Of a stretch of 64,000 bases of DNA, positions 18,844-28,937 are shown piece by piece. Both the position numbers and the translations under genes were made by a program. The notes under the pieces are model-generated. The model worked only from the letters and a program-made list of their open reading frames with translations. It was not told where the DNA came from and ran no database searches. The stretch's first letter is position 1. The number at the start of each line of letters is the position of its first letter. This stretch comes from an uncultured Fibrobacterota bacterium (GTDB taxonomy: Bacteria; Fibrobacterota; Chitinivibrionia; Chitinivibrionales; FEN-1185): the NCBI GenBank assembly GCA_963729895.1, contig CAVSQB010000026.1:1-64000 (forward strand), read 5' to 3'.

Positions 18844-20220
18844 TTATTGCATCTGTTTCCTCAAGAACGTCGGCACGTCCATATCGTCCTCGTAGTGTTC
18901 GATAATGTTGCCTTTTGAGACAACGAAATGCGGGTCCTTTTTCGCAGCCTTTTCCTTCTTGAGAAACGCAGGGAACTCGAGCTGCTGCGGTGACGTTCCC
19001 GTATGCGCGCCCGCAGCCACCGCGGCCGTCCGCTGTGTCTCCTCGCAGACCGACGAGGCCGGCTGGAAGGTCTCTTCGATCTTCTCTTCCTTGAGCGCCG
19101 CTTCCACGAATTGTTTTTCCTCCGTCTTCGGAACAGCGGTCGCCAAAGCAAACGACATCTGTTCCGCCTGGCGTTCCGCGGCGGCCGGCTTTTGTCCCGG
19201 CAGCTTTATGGTGAGTTTCGCGGCGTTCGACTCTTCTTTCTTCTTCTCCAGTTTTTCCTCGTTGAACCCGGTGGCGATCACGGTAACGCGGATCTTGCCG
19301 TTCATCTCCGGATCGGTGACCGCGCCAAAGATGATGTTGGTTTCCACGTCTTCGCCCACTGCGTCGTAGATCGTCTGCGTCGCGTCGTTGACATCGTATA
19401 ATGTCATGTCCTCGCCGCCGGTGATGTTGATGAGGATCCCCTTTGCGCCGACGATGGAGACGTCGTCCAACAGCGGGCTGTGAATGGCGTTGTCGGCCGC
19501 GGTGGCCGCCTTGTTTTCGCCTTCCGCATACCCCGTGCCCATAAGCGCGTCGCCCATGCCGTTCATAATCGTCCGAACGTCGGCGAAGTCGAGGTTGACA
19601 AGCCCGTGGACCGAAATCAGGTCCGAAATGCCCTTGGTGGCCTGGTACAAAACGTCATCGGCTATTTTGAACGCGTCGATGAGCGACGTGGTACGGTCCA
19701 CGATCGAAAGCAGTTTCTGATTGGGAATCACGATAATGGTATCGACGCTCTTTCGCAGGTCGTCAATGCCTTTTCGCGCGTTGCGGTCGCGCACCTTTCC
19801 TTCAAAGAGAAAAGGCCGTGTGACGATGGCGACCGTGAGAACGCCAAGCTCGCGGGCGATCTCCGCCACGATGGGCGCGCCGCCCGTTCCCGTGCCGCCG
19901 CCCATGCCCGCCGTGATGAACACCATGTCTGCGCCTTCGAGCATGGCCGCAACTTTTTCGCGGTCTTCTTCCATGGCGATGCGCCCGATTTCCGGGTTCG
20001 CACCCGCCCCGAGACCCTTTGTGATCTTGTCGCCGATCTGGACCCGGTTGGCGGCTTTGTTGTTGTCAAGGGCCATTGCGTCGGTATTGATCGAAATGAA
20101 CTCAACACCGGAAAGGCCGGCCGCCACCATGCGGTTCACGGCGTTTCCGCCGGCGCCGCCGACACCCAGGACCTTCATCTTGGCCTTGGCGCCGAAATTT
20201 TCGTCGAGTGTGAAAACCAT
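18844..20220 (-). CDS. ftsZ: Cell division protein FtsZ
   Basis: GVGGAGGNAV, GMGGGTGTG tubulin motif, NLDFAD, C-terminal DVPTFLRK. Confidence 0.99.
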   Translation of the reverse strand: MVFTLDENFGAKAKMKVLGVGGAGGNAVNRMVAAGLSGVEFISINTDAMALDNNKAANRVQIGDKITKGLGAGANPEIGRIAMEEDREKVAAMLEGADMVFITAGMGGGTGTGGAPIVAEIARELGVLTVAIVTRPFLFEGKVRDRNARKGIDDLRKSVDTIIVIPNQKLLSIVDRTTSLIDAFKIADDVLYQATKGISDLISVHGLVNLDFADVRTIMNGMGDALMGTGYAEGENKAATAADNAIHSPLLDDVSIVGAKGILINITGGEDMTLYDVNDATQTIYDAVGEDVETNIIFGAVTDPEMNGKIRVTVIATGFNEEKLEKKKEESNAAKLTIKLPGQKPAAAERQAEQMSFALATAVPKTEEKQFVEAALKEEKIEETFQPASSVCEETQRTAAVAAGAHTGTSPQQLEFPAFLKKEKAAKKDPHFVVSKGNIIEHYEDDMDVPTFLRKQMQ

Positions 20221-20288
20221 AAGAACCCCTTTCTGAAGGTTAAGAGTTTATTGTAAAGAATCGTTCATTGTTGTCTCTTCTGTTACCC

Positions 20289-20400
20289 AACTCACCATCA
20301 TACCCGCCCTTCGGACACCCCTCTTCCCCTCTCTCACGACCCTTGGAAGTACCCGACGGGGTACAGAGGGGAAGAGGGGTTGGTGGTGACGGGGTGAGTT
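20289..20400. repeat. Long REP-like stem-loop between ftsA and ftsZ
   Basis: Perfect 15-bp arms CCCCTCTTCCCCTCT (20318-20332)/AGAGGGGAAGAGGGG (20365-20379); outer AACTCACC/GGTGAGTT; inner GTACCC/GGGTAC. Confidence 0.7.
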
Positions 20401-21637
20401 AAAAAAACTCCTTTACCCACACCTTCATGCGCTCGAATATCTTCTTGAAGCTGTCGTCGCCGGCAAAGCTCTTCTTGCTTTTTTTTGCTCCCCTGCCGTG
20501 TCTTACGCCGTAGATGCACAACCCCACGCCTGTTGCATGGATAGGCGATTTCGCGGCTTCGGTGAGACCGCCGAACCCGGTGGGCACGCCGATTTTCACC
20601 GGCATCTCAAATACCTTTTCGGCCAGCTCCTGGATTCCTTCCATAAGCGCGCCGCCCCCGGTGAGCACCACGCCGGCGCCGAGCATGTCCGCATATTCGG
20701 TGCGCTTTATTTCCCGTAGAGCAAGCGACAGGATTTCCTCAAGCCGCGGCTCGATGATGGACGCCAGCACCGCCTTGGAGACCTCGCGCTGTTCTCTGCC
20801 GCCTACGCCCGGAACGCTGATATACTCGTCGGCCTTCACAAGGGGTGAATAGGCGCAGCCGAACTGCTTCTTGATCTCCTCGGCCCGCTCGATGGGCGTC
20901 CGTATGCCGATGGCGATGTCGCTGGTCACGTTCTTGCCGCCCAGTCCCACCACCGCGGTGTGCCTGATGCTTTCATCGAAGTAAATCGCGATGTCGGTAG
21001 TGCCGCCTCCCATGTCGACCAGCGCGACGCCGAGTTCCTTCTCGTCCTTTTCCAGCACGGCGTAACTCGACGCGAGCGGCTCGAGCACAAGGTCGCGCAC
21101 CTTGAGTCCTGCCTTCTCAACGCTTTTGTAAATATTCTGGGCGCTCGTCACCGCGCCGGTGATGATGTGCACCTGCGTCTCCAGCCTCACTCCGCACATG
21201 CCGATGGGGTCTTTGATGCCCTTCTGGTCGTCGACGATAAACTCCTGAGGGATCACGTGGAGAATTTCGCGGTCCATGGGGATGGAAACGGCCTTGGCCG
21301 CGTCGATGGCGCGCACCACGTCAAGTTCGGCGATCTCGTTGTCCTGGCGCGAAATGGCCACGACTCCCTTCGAATTGATCGCCCTGATGTGGTCGCCGGC
21401 GATTCCCACGTAGACCGATTCGACGTCGGTGCCGGCCATCAGCTCCGCCTCTTCGACCGCCTTCTGGATCGAATGCACTGTCTTGTCGATGTTGACAACC
21501 ACGCCTTTGCGCAGTCCGTCGGAAGGGCTCACTCCGACACCCACGATCTTGAGTTCGTTATTGGCATCGAGCTCCGAAATGATGCAGGCGATCTTGGTTG
21601 TCCCTATATCGAGGCCAATAAAACTGTTATCTTCCAT
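20399..21637 (-). CDS. ftsA: Cell division protein FtsA
   Basis: GLDIGTTKI, DMGGGTTD, LTGGGA, amphipathic C-terminal WVKEFF. Confidence 0.99.
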   Translation of the reverse strand: MEDNSFIGLDIGTTKIACIISELDANNELKIVGVGVSPSDGLRKGVVVNIDKTVHSIQKAVEEAELMAGTDVESVYVGIAGDHIRAINSKGVVAISRQDNEIAELDVVRAIDAAKAVSIPMDREILHVIPQEFIVDDQKGIKDPIGMCGVRLETQVHIITGAVTSAQNIYKSVEKAGLKVRDLVLEPLASSYAVLEKDEKELGVALVDMGGGTTDIAIYFDESIRHTAVVGLGGKNVTSDIAIGIRTPIERAEEIKKQFGCAYSPLVKADEYISVPGVGGREQREVSKAVLASIIEPRLEEILSLALREIKRTEYADMLGAGVVLTGGGALMEGIQELAEKVFEMPVKIGVPTGFGGLTEAAKSPIHATGVGLCIYGVRHGRGAKKSKKSFAGDDSFKKIFERMKVWVKEFF

Positions 21638-21706
21638 GATACTCCTCCGCTAGAGTGAATGTATAAAAACGTCCCGCCCGGCACGGCGGCGACGGATGGT
21701 ATCCGT

Positions 21707-22513
21707 TTACCATTGGACGTACGCGAGATTTTCGTAACACAGGTTGATCCTCTTAGGCGTCCCTGCGGGCTCCTGCCGGGCCGATTCCACGAGTTGGCCC
21801 AGCCGCCGTATCCCGGTGCGCGTCTGCGACTCGGACAGCTCAACAACGGCCGGAAAGTCCTCGATCCTGATTCGCACCATCGTCGCTTTCGAAAAGTCTA
21901 TCTGGGAAATCCGCCTGGCTACCGGCTCGTCGCCGCAGTCGTCCAGAAAGCGTCGTACCCGTTCCACCGAACCGACCGTACAGCGCCCCGCCGCGTCGAG
22001 CGCCAGTCCCGACACCACGGGAAGACACGAATAGGTGCCGCCGAACAGAGGCAGCAGCACACCGTCTTTGTCCATGTACCTGACGCGGCCTGAATTGACA
22101 AGTACAATCGGTTCCCGCTCTTCGAGACGAATCGTCACCGTGTTGGGCAGGTGTCTTTGGACGTGCGCGCAGCGGACCCACGCGTTCTTTTCTATCCCCT
22201 TTTCGCACACGGCCGGGCGTACGGCCGTCATGCGCATTCCCGGCGTGATGCCCGACAGCTTCACCGCATCCATGGTATCGACCCGCACCGCGCCCTCCAC
22301 CCGGATGGTGGACACCACAAACAGCGGCGACCTGTTTATCCATGACGCAATTTTGACAGCCGCGAATACGGCGCCGCCGATCACGCACACGGCAACCACC
22401 GCGACGGTGGAAAACGACGCGCCCCTGGTGACCGCCTTCTTTACGGCCTTTCCCAGCGCCCGCCTTTTTTCGCCGTGAATCCGGCGCCTGTTTGCGCCCA
22501 TCCGCTTATGCAT
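21707..22513 (-). CDS. ftsQ: Cell division protein FtsQ/DivIB
   Basis: Basic N-terminus, single TM, POTRA (WV...V.R.LP..V.I...ER), position in dcw cluster. Confidence 0.9.
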   Translation of the reverse strand: MHKRMGANRRRIHGEKRRALGKAVKKAVTRGASFSTVAVVAVCVIGGAVFAAVKIASWINRSPLFVVSTIRVEGAVRVDTMDAVKLSGITPGMRMTAVRPAVCEKGIEKNAWVRCAHVQRHLPNTVTIRLEEREPIVLVNSGRVRYMDKDGVLLPLFGGTYSCLPVVSGLALDAAGRCTVGSVERVRRFLDDCGDEPVARRISQIDFSKATMVRIRIEDFPAVVELSESQTRTGIRRLGQLVESARQEPAGTPKRINLCYENLAYVQW

Positions 22514-23885
22514 CTTGAATCCTCGAAAGAATGTCCCGGCATATCTCGTTGATGTCTCCGGCGCCCATTACCACAACGGCGTCCCCGCGCGCAAGCGTGG
22601 GCGCAAGCATCGCAGGAATGTCTGCCTTGTTGTCGACATACGCCGCGTGCCGGTACCCCAGCGCAAGCGCCTTGTCCACTATTGCGCGACCGGTGACTCC
22701 CTCAATCGGCTCCTCCCGCGACTTGTAGATTGCAGTGACGACAAATTCGTCGGCGCGGCAGAGCGCCGCGGCAAAATCGCCGAGAAAATCGCGCGTGCGC
22801 GTGTACAAATGCGGCTGAAAAACCGCCACCACCCGCGTGTAGCCTGCGCCCGCGGCCGCCGACAGCGTCGCGCGGATCTCGCTGGGATGGTGCGCGTAAT
22901 CGTCGATGACGGTCACGCCGCGCTTCTCCCCTATTACTTCAAACCTTCGCTTGACGCCCGCAAATCCCGACAGGCTCCCCGCCACGCGGGCAAAATCCAC
23001 GCCGAGCTCGGTTGCCACTGCGCAGGCGGCCAGCGCGTTCTTCACATTGTGAAACCCCGGAATCGGAAGCTCGAGCGGGCCGAGCCGTTCGTGCTTCCGG
23101 TAGACCGCACACGACGTCTTTCCCTGTGCAAAACTGATGTCGCGCGCCGTGTAATCGGCGCCGGTGTCGATCCCGTACGAAACCACCGGTTTCGAATAGG
23201 ACGCGAGTATCTCGCGCACGTGCGGCTCGTCGGTGCAGGCCACCAAGGCGCCGTAGAACGGCACAAGATTGGCAAACTGGAGGAACGCGGCCTTGATGTC
23301 CTCTATTCCTGAATAGCAATCAAGATGGTCCTCCTCGATGTTGGTTACCACGGCGATAGACGGGTACATTTTGAGAAACGACCGGTCGAATTCGTCCGCC
23401 TCGGCCACCAGCAGATCGCCGGCGCCGGCGATTGAATTGGTGTCGTAGCGCCGCAGGATGCCGCCCACGATCACCGTGGGCGTTTTGCCCGCGTCGGAGA
23501 GAACGTGGCCGATAAGCGAGGTGGTGGTGGTCTTGCCGTGCGTGCCGGCAACGGCAATCGAGAACTTCATGCGCATGAGCTCGCCCAGCATTTCCGCGCG
23601 GCGCATGAGGGGAATCCGGTGCTCGGACGCATAGGCGCGCTCCGGATTGTCCTCGCGGATCGCGCTGGAATACACGGCGAGGTTGGTCTCCTTTATCAAG
23701 TTTGGCGTGTGGTCGTATTGCAGTTTGACGCCGAGCGATTCGAGCCTTTTGGTTATCGGGGACGCCTGTTTGTCGCTTCCGGTAACCGCGTAACCGCAGG
23801 ACCACAGAAATTCGGCAAGGCCGCTCATTCCCACGCCGCCGATACCCACGAAATGGACTTTGTTCCGCTGGTTGAGGCCGATCAT
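22506..23885 (-). CDS. murC: UDP-N-acetylmuramate--L-alanine ligase
   Basis: HFVGIGGVGMSG, AGTHGKTTT, EADE, DDYAHHP; start MIGLNQ overlaps murG stop. Confidence 0.98.
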   Translation of the reverse strand: MIGLNQRNKVHFVGIGGVGMSGLAEFLWSCGYAVTGSDKQASPITKRLESLGVKLQYDHTPNLIKETNLAVYSSAIREDNPERAYASEHRIPLMRRAEMLGELMRMKFSIAVAGTHGKTTTTSLIGHVLSDAGKTPTVIVGGILRRYDTNSIAGAGDLLVAEADEFDRSFLKMYPSIAVVTNIEEDHLDCYSGIEDIKAAFLQFANLVPFYGALVACTDEPHVREILASYSKPVVSYGIDTGADYTARDISFAQGKTSCAVYRKHERLGPLELPIPGFHNVKNALAACAVATELGVDFARVAGSLSGFAGVKRRFEVIGEKRGVTVIDDYAHHPSEIRATLSAAAGAGYTRVVAVFQPHLYTRTRDFLGDFAAALCRADEFVVTAIYKSREEPIEGVTGRAIVDKALALGYRHAAYVDNKADIPAMLAPTLARGDAVVVMGAGDINEICRDILSRIQDA

Positions 23886-24976
23886 AGTCCCAGATCCTTT
23901 GCAAGCCCGGCCACGATCTTTTCCGCCGCTTGTGCGGGGCTGTTGTCGAGTGCATTCACTCTCATGGCGTTGTATCTCTTCTGGTCCGACAGGATCGTGT
24001 CGACCGCTTTTTCGACGCCTGCGCCGGTTTCGCCGTCTTGCGCAACGCGAATCCCCCATCCCTGGTTTTCCACGACCCCCGCGTTCACCCACTGATGGTT
24101 TTCCGCAGCCCACGGCAGGGGAACGAGCACCGCAGGCAGGCCGAAGCAGCTTGCTTCCGCAAGGGTTGAGGCGCCGGCGCGCCCGACAAGGACTGTCGCG
24201 GCCGCGTAGTACGGGTACAGGTCGGCGATCGTGGAAAAAACAAACACGGCGTCATGCCGCTTGAATTCGCCCGCGATCCCTTCGAACGACGTCGCGCCGG
24301 TCTGCCATATCACTTGAAGGCCGCGGTCTGCCCATTTCTTGACAACAGCCGTGAGTGCGTCGTTCATCGATTGGGCGCCCTGGCTGCCGCCGCAAATCAG
24401 GATGGTGGTTTTCCCTTTTGCAAACTCAGCCGGATAGGCAAACCCGGGGTATGACTCTTCTTTCCTGCGGACGGGCGTCCCGGTCACTTCGCTTGTACAG
24501 CGCAGCGGGCGCCTGCCGGCAAGCGGGAACCCGAGGAACACCCGGCGCGCTTGTCCGGCAAACAGGCGGTTGACAAGTCCGGCAACGGTGTTCTGCTCCT
24601 GCAGGAAATAGGGTACGCGCCTGAGACGCGCGGCTGCCAGCACAGGTGCGCACACGTAGCCTCCGAACGCCACCACCGCCCGCGGACGGCCGCCGCCGAA
24701 CAGCCGCATCATGCGAAGCACTGCAGTGCAAAAGCGGAGTATCGCACGTAATGCGCTTAAGCTCATGGTACGTCGTATTCCCTCCACGTCAAGAATTTCG
24801 GCCGGAATGCCGTTGCGTTCGCACAGCTCCCGCTCCCTGCTGCGGCTCGTCCCGATCCACAACAGCGGCATTGCCGGAAACCGCCGCTGCAGTTCGAGCG
24901 CCACGCTCAAGGCAGGAAAGATGTGGCCGCCCGTTCCTCCTGCGGCGATCACGATTGCGGATGCCGATGTGCTCAT
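23882..24976 (-). CDS. murG: MurG GlcNAc transferase
   Basis: GGTGGHIFPA, GGYV, EQN, GGSQGA, RAGAST, HQ..NA. Confidence 0.98.
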   Translation of the reverse strand: MSTSASAIVIAAGGTGGHIFPALSVALELQRRFPAMPLLWIGTSRSRERELCERNGIPAEILDVEGIRRTMSLSALRAILRFCTAVLRMMRLFGGGRPRAVVAFGGYVCAPVLAAARLRRVPYFLQEQNTVAGLVNRLFAGQARRVFLGFPLAGRRPLRCTSEVTGTPVRRKEESYPGFAYPAEFAKGKTTILICGGSQGAQSMNDALTAVVKKWADRGLQVIWQTGATSFEGIAGEFKRHDAVFVFSTIADLYPYYAAATVLVGRAGASTLAEASCFGLPAVLVPLPWAAENHQWVNAGVVENQGWGIRVAQDGETGAGVEKAVDTILSDQKRYNAMRVNALDNSPAQAAEKIVAGLAKDLGL

Positions 24977-26136
24977 GCCACGTCCCCGATCACGCGTTGC
25001 GACTGCGGCCGGTATGTTCTTCTCGAATGGGGGAGCGGCGACAGGTCCGCCTGGCTCGATATGTTCAACAAAATTCCCATGCTGCTCACCGTAAACAGCA
25101 AGCTCATGCCGCCGTAGCTCAGGAACGGAAGCGGGATGCCCGTGGTCGGGATGAGGGCGACGTTGACAGCGGCGTGAATGAGAACGTACGCCGCCAGCAC
25201 AAACGTGAATCCGAACGCCATGAGGCGTCCGAGCTTGTCGGGAGCATTGAGCGCGATCTTTATCCCGCAATACACAATAAACGCGAACAGGAGCAGCACA
25301 AGCACCACGCCCACGAACCCCATTTCCTCGCCGAGGATCGAAAACACGAAATCGGTGTGCGGTTCGGGGAGGTAGAAGTATTTCTGGCCGCCCTGGCCCA
25401 ATCCTACGCCAAACGTTCCGCCGTTGCCCAGGCCGATAAGCGCCTGGTAGGCCTGGTATCCGATGTCGCTCTTATGGTCCGATGTGTGAAGGAAGGCCAG
25501 AATCCTGTGCCTGCGGTACGCGGCGCCGAATGCGGCCACAACCGCGCACGGCACGGCGGCGCCCGCGAGCGCGGCAAGGTGCGAAATACGCGCGCCGGCC
25601 ACGAACAGGATCACGATGCCCAGGCCCGCCACGAGCGAGGCGGTGGAAAAATTCGGTTCCAGGCCGATGAGCCCGCACATTATGCCTATTTTGACAAGAT
25701 ACCCCAGGAACTTCTTGCCGTCCTTCACGCCGTCGCCGTCCTGCGACAGCTGCGCGGCCAGCAGGACCACAAGCACGAGGAGCGCGAGTTCGGACACCTG
25801 GAACTGGACAAACCCCAGGGAGATCCACCGCCTGGCCCCGTGGATGGCGCGCGCCGAGGGAGCCACCATCACATACACCAGGAGCGCGATGACCCCGACG
25901 TAGGCGGCCGTACTCAGCTTGCCCCACATATGATAATCGACATTGATAAATACCATGAAACATCCGAGCGCCAGCGCGGCCCGGACTGCCTGTTTTACCA
26001 GAAAGAAATCGGCGCCGCCGTACTTGCTTTGCGCGAGCGCGCACGACGAACTGTAAACCAGAACGATGCTGAGGCCCACCATCACCAGGGTGGCCGCGAG
26101 CAGCCCGAAATCGATACGAGACAGCCTCGTTTTCAC
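24973..26136 (-). CDS. ftsW: SEDS peptidoglycan glycosyltransferase FtsW
   Basis: GARRWI, LPEPHTDF, TGIPLPFLSYGG; GTG start overlaps murD stop. Confidence 0.97.
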   Translation of the reverse strand: MKTRLSRIDFGLLAATLVMVGLSIVLVYSSSCALAQSKYGGADFFLVKQAVRAALALGCFMVFINVDYHMWGKLSTAAYVGVIALLVYVMVAPSARAIHGARRWISLGFVQFQVSELALLVLVVLLAAQLSQDGDGVKDGKKFLGYLVKIGIMCGLIGLEPNFSTASLVAGLGIVILFVAGARISHLAALAGAAVPCAVVAAFGAAYRRHRILAFLHTSDHKSDIGYQAYQALIGLGNGGTFGVGLGQGGQKYFYLPEPHTDFVFSILGEEMGFVGVVLVLLLFAFIVYCGIKIALNAPDKLGRLMAFGFTFVLAAYVLIHAAVNVALIPTTGIPLPFLSYGGMSLLFTVSSMGILLNISSQADLSPLPHSRRTYRPQSQRVIGDVA

Positions 26137-28937
26137 CGCGCCTCCTGCTTGAGCATGCGCACGATCATGGCAAACGCCTCTCCGCGCTTTTCGTAGTTCT
26201 CGAACATGTCGAAACTCGAACACCCGGGCGACAGAACCACCACGTCGCCTGGTTTCGCATTCTGCAAGGCCGCGCGCATGGCGGATTCCAGCGATTCGAA
26301 CGTCTGCAGCGGCGCCATGCCGTCCCATTCCCGCGAGATCCGTGCCGCCGCCTCGCCGATAAGGTACACCCCCTTCGAGCGCATGCGGATCGCGTCCTTC
26401 ACAATAGAAAAATCGCATCCCTTATCGCGTCCGCCGGCGATAAGGTGCACGTTTCTTCCGAATGCGGTGACGGCGCACAGCACCGACTCTGCCGTCGTCG
26501 CCTTGGAATCGTCGTAAAACTTCACGCCTCCAATTTCATCGATGTATTGCAGACGGTGCGGAAGTCCTTTGAACCCGCACAGGCCCTTGACAATAGCCTC
26601 GTCACTGATGCCGGCGGCCATTGCAAGCGCCGCGGCGGCGCATGCGTTGTCGTAATTGTGCGGACCGCTCAAATGCATGGCCGCGGTTTCGAAAACGGCG
26701 CGGGTCGTGCCGTTCATTGTGGCCCACACGACGCCGTCGCGGTGCCACACGCAGTTGCGGCTTTCCAGCTGCGCGCCGAAGAAAACGACATTTGTTCTGG
26801 CGCTCATTCCCTGCGCCCATTCCACAAGCCTTGGATCGCGGCTGTTAAGCACGAGATGGTTGTCAAAGGTGAGGTTCCGTGCGATTTCCTTCTTGGCGTT
26901 GTAATAGGCATCTTCATTGCTGTACCGGTCGAGGTGGTTCTTCGTGAGGTTGAGCACGGCGGCGGCATGCGGCCTGAACAGATCGATGTTTTCGAGTTGA
27001 AAGCTTGAAATCTCTGCAACTACAAAACCGTCGGCGGGAACGGAATGTATCACGTCCACCAGCGGAATCCCGATGTTTCCGGCAACGGCGTGCGGTTTTC
27101 CCGCAGCAGCCATGACCGCGCCCAGCATGCTTACGGTGGTGCTTTTCCCGCTGGACCCGGTGACGGCAAGGAACTTTGCGCCGGTAAATCTATAGGCGAG
27201 TTCCACCTCCGACCACACCGGGATGCCCTTGCGCCCGGCCTCCACGAGGACCGCCAGATCGGACCGCACGCCCGGCGACAGTACAATCACGTCGCAGTCG
27301 AGAACCGCGCTCGTGTGGCCCCCGGCCTCGCGGCCGATGCCCGCAAGGCCGTTTGCACCAAGCTTCTCGTCGAGTTTCTCCTGTGGACACGTGTCGCTGA
27401 TGAACACGGAGACGCCTTTTTGGATAAGAAACTTCGCCGCGCCGATCCCACTTTTTGCTGCGCCTATCACGGACACCCGTTTTGGCACATACGATTTTGG
27501 ATAGGAAACACGTGCGGGTGTGGAGTCGTCCTCTTCTTTTTCCAGTTTTTCGAACACGGTTTCCAAATGGACGCCGCGCGAACCCTTGAGGAGGACGACG
27601 TCACCCTTCCTCACCAGTTTTTGCGAAAGGGGAACGGCCTGGGCGCTGTTTGGCGCGGTAACGATATGTGTGGACCGCACGCCGCCCGATTTCGCGCCCT
27701 TTGCCACGGCAGCGGCGAACTCCCCTACCGCCAGGATCCGTTCCACGTGTGCTGCGGCAAGTTGCCTGCCAAGCGCGGTGTGCAACCTCGTGGAAAATCG
27801 TCCGAGTTCGAGCATGTCGCCGACGATGGCGACTTTCGGCTTCCCCCCCGCAACGTCGGTAAGCATGGCTACGGCGCTTTTCATGGAAGACGGGTTTGCA
27901 TTATAGCAATCGACGATGAACGTAGCGCCCCGTTTCTTCTCTATGGTCCCGCGCAGGGGGCCCGGACGCATGGCCGCAAACGCGGCGTCGATGCGGGTCT
28001 TATCCACGCCAAAATGGCGCGCCGCAACGATGGCTGCGAGCGCCGAATGCACGAAATGTCTCCCCGGCATGGGCAGCCAATATTCTTCTTCGTCAACAGC
28101 GAACGTGACGGACCCGTCCGCGCCGGACCGTACGTCGCGGGCGCGCACGCCGCACCGGGCAGACATGCCATAGTACACAACATTCATCCGCGCAGATTTT
28201 CCCTTTTTCACCAGCAACGGATCGTCTCCATTGAGCAGCAGCATGCCGGCTTTGTGCATGCCGTCCACGATCTCGAACTTTGCCCGTGCAATATTGCCAA
28301 GGGACCCGAAATACCCGATATGCGCATATCCGATATTGGTAATGACGCCGATGTCGGGCCGCGCGATCTTCGACAGCGTATGTATTTCCCGGGTGTGGTT
28401 GGCGCCCATTTCGAGCACGCCGGCCTTTTCCTGTCCGGTAAACCTCAGGAGGCTGAGCGGCACGCCGATGTGGTTGTTCCAGTTTCCCAGTGTTTCGCTC
28501 ACCGCAAGCGATTGTTTGAGTACGCCGGCAATAAACGACCTTGCCGTCGTCTTGCCCGAGCTGCCGGTGATTCCGATGATGGTGCACGAAAGCGTTTCGC
28601 GGTAGCGAGACGCGACACGCTGCAGGGCGGCAAGCGGATTTGTCACGACAATAAGCCTGCTTCTTTCCGCATCGGAAAACAGTTGGAGTTTCTTCCTGGC
28701 AATGAGGGCGGCAGCCGCTCCCTGCGCGAGAGCGTTCTTCACATACTTGTGCCCGTCGTCGTTGTCCGTTTCAAGCGCAACGAACACGTCGCCCGGGCCA
28801 ACATTTCTCGAATCGTTCCACACGGCGTGTATGCGCTGCCGCGTGAGGTCCGGCAATAGCAGCGAAGCGCCTCCGCTGAACTCGGCGAACCGGCCCAGGG
28901 TAAGCCCGCTCTGCGCCTGTGTGACGTCAGTTTCCAT
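26133..28937 (-). CDS. murF-murD: Fused MurF (N-terminal half) and MurD (C-terminal half) Mur ligase
   Basis: One ORF of 934 aa from METDVTQ. MurF: ITGSSGKTT, NNHIG, EMG, DCYNANP, GDMLELG, LLKGSR. Short linker. MurD: IGAAKSG, SPGV, TGSSGKST, GNIG, HLDRY, DSKAT, SPGCSSFD. Confidence 0.93.
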   Translation of the reverse strand: METDVTQAQSGLTLGRFAEFSGGASLLLPDLTRQRIHAVWNDSRNVGPGDVFVALETDNDDGHKYVKNALAQGAAAALIARKKLQLFSDAERSRLIVVTNPLAALQRVASRYRETLSCTIIGITGSSGKTTARSFIAGVLKQSLAVSETLGNWNNHIGVPLSLLRFTGQEKAGVLEMGANHTREIHTLSKIARPDIGVITNIGYAHIGYFGSLGNIARAKFEIVDGMHKAGMLLLNGDDPLLVKKGKSARMNVVYYGMSARCGVRARDVRSGADGSVTFAVDEEEYWLPMPGRHFVHSALAAIVAARHFGVDKTRIDAAFAAMRPGPLRGTIEKKRGATFIVDCYNANPSSMKSAVAMLTDVAGGKPKVAIVGDMLELGRFSTRLHTALGRQLAAAHVERILAVGEFAAAVAKGAKSGGVRSTHIVTAPNSAQAVPLSQKLVRKGDVVLLKGSRGVHLETVFEKLEKEEDDSTPARVSYPKSYVPKRVSVIGAAKSGIGAAKFLIQKGVSVFISDTCPQEKLDEKLGANGLAGIGREAGGHTSAVLDCDVIVLSPGVRSDLAVLVEAGRKGIPVWSEVELAYRFTGAKFLAVTGSSGKSTTVSMLGAVMAAAGKPHAVAGNIGIPLVDVIHSVPADGFVVAEISSFQLENIDLFRPHAAAVLNLTKNHLDRYSNEDAYYNAKKEIARNLTFDNHLVLNSRDPRLVEWAQGMSARTNVVFFGAQLESRNCVWHRDGVVWATMNGTTRAVFETAAMHLSGPHNYDNACAAAALAMAAGISDEAIVKGLCGFKGLPHRLQYIDEIGGVKFYDDSKATTAESVLCAVTAFGRNVHLIAGGRDKGCDFSIVKDAIRMRSKGVYLIGEAAARISREWDGMAPLQTFESLESAMRAALQNAKPGDVVVLSPGCSSFDMFENYEKRGEAFAMIVRMLKQEAR

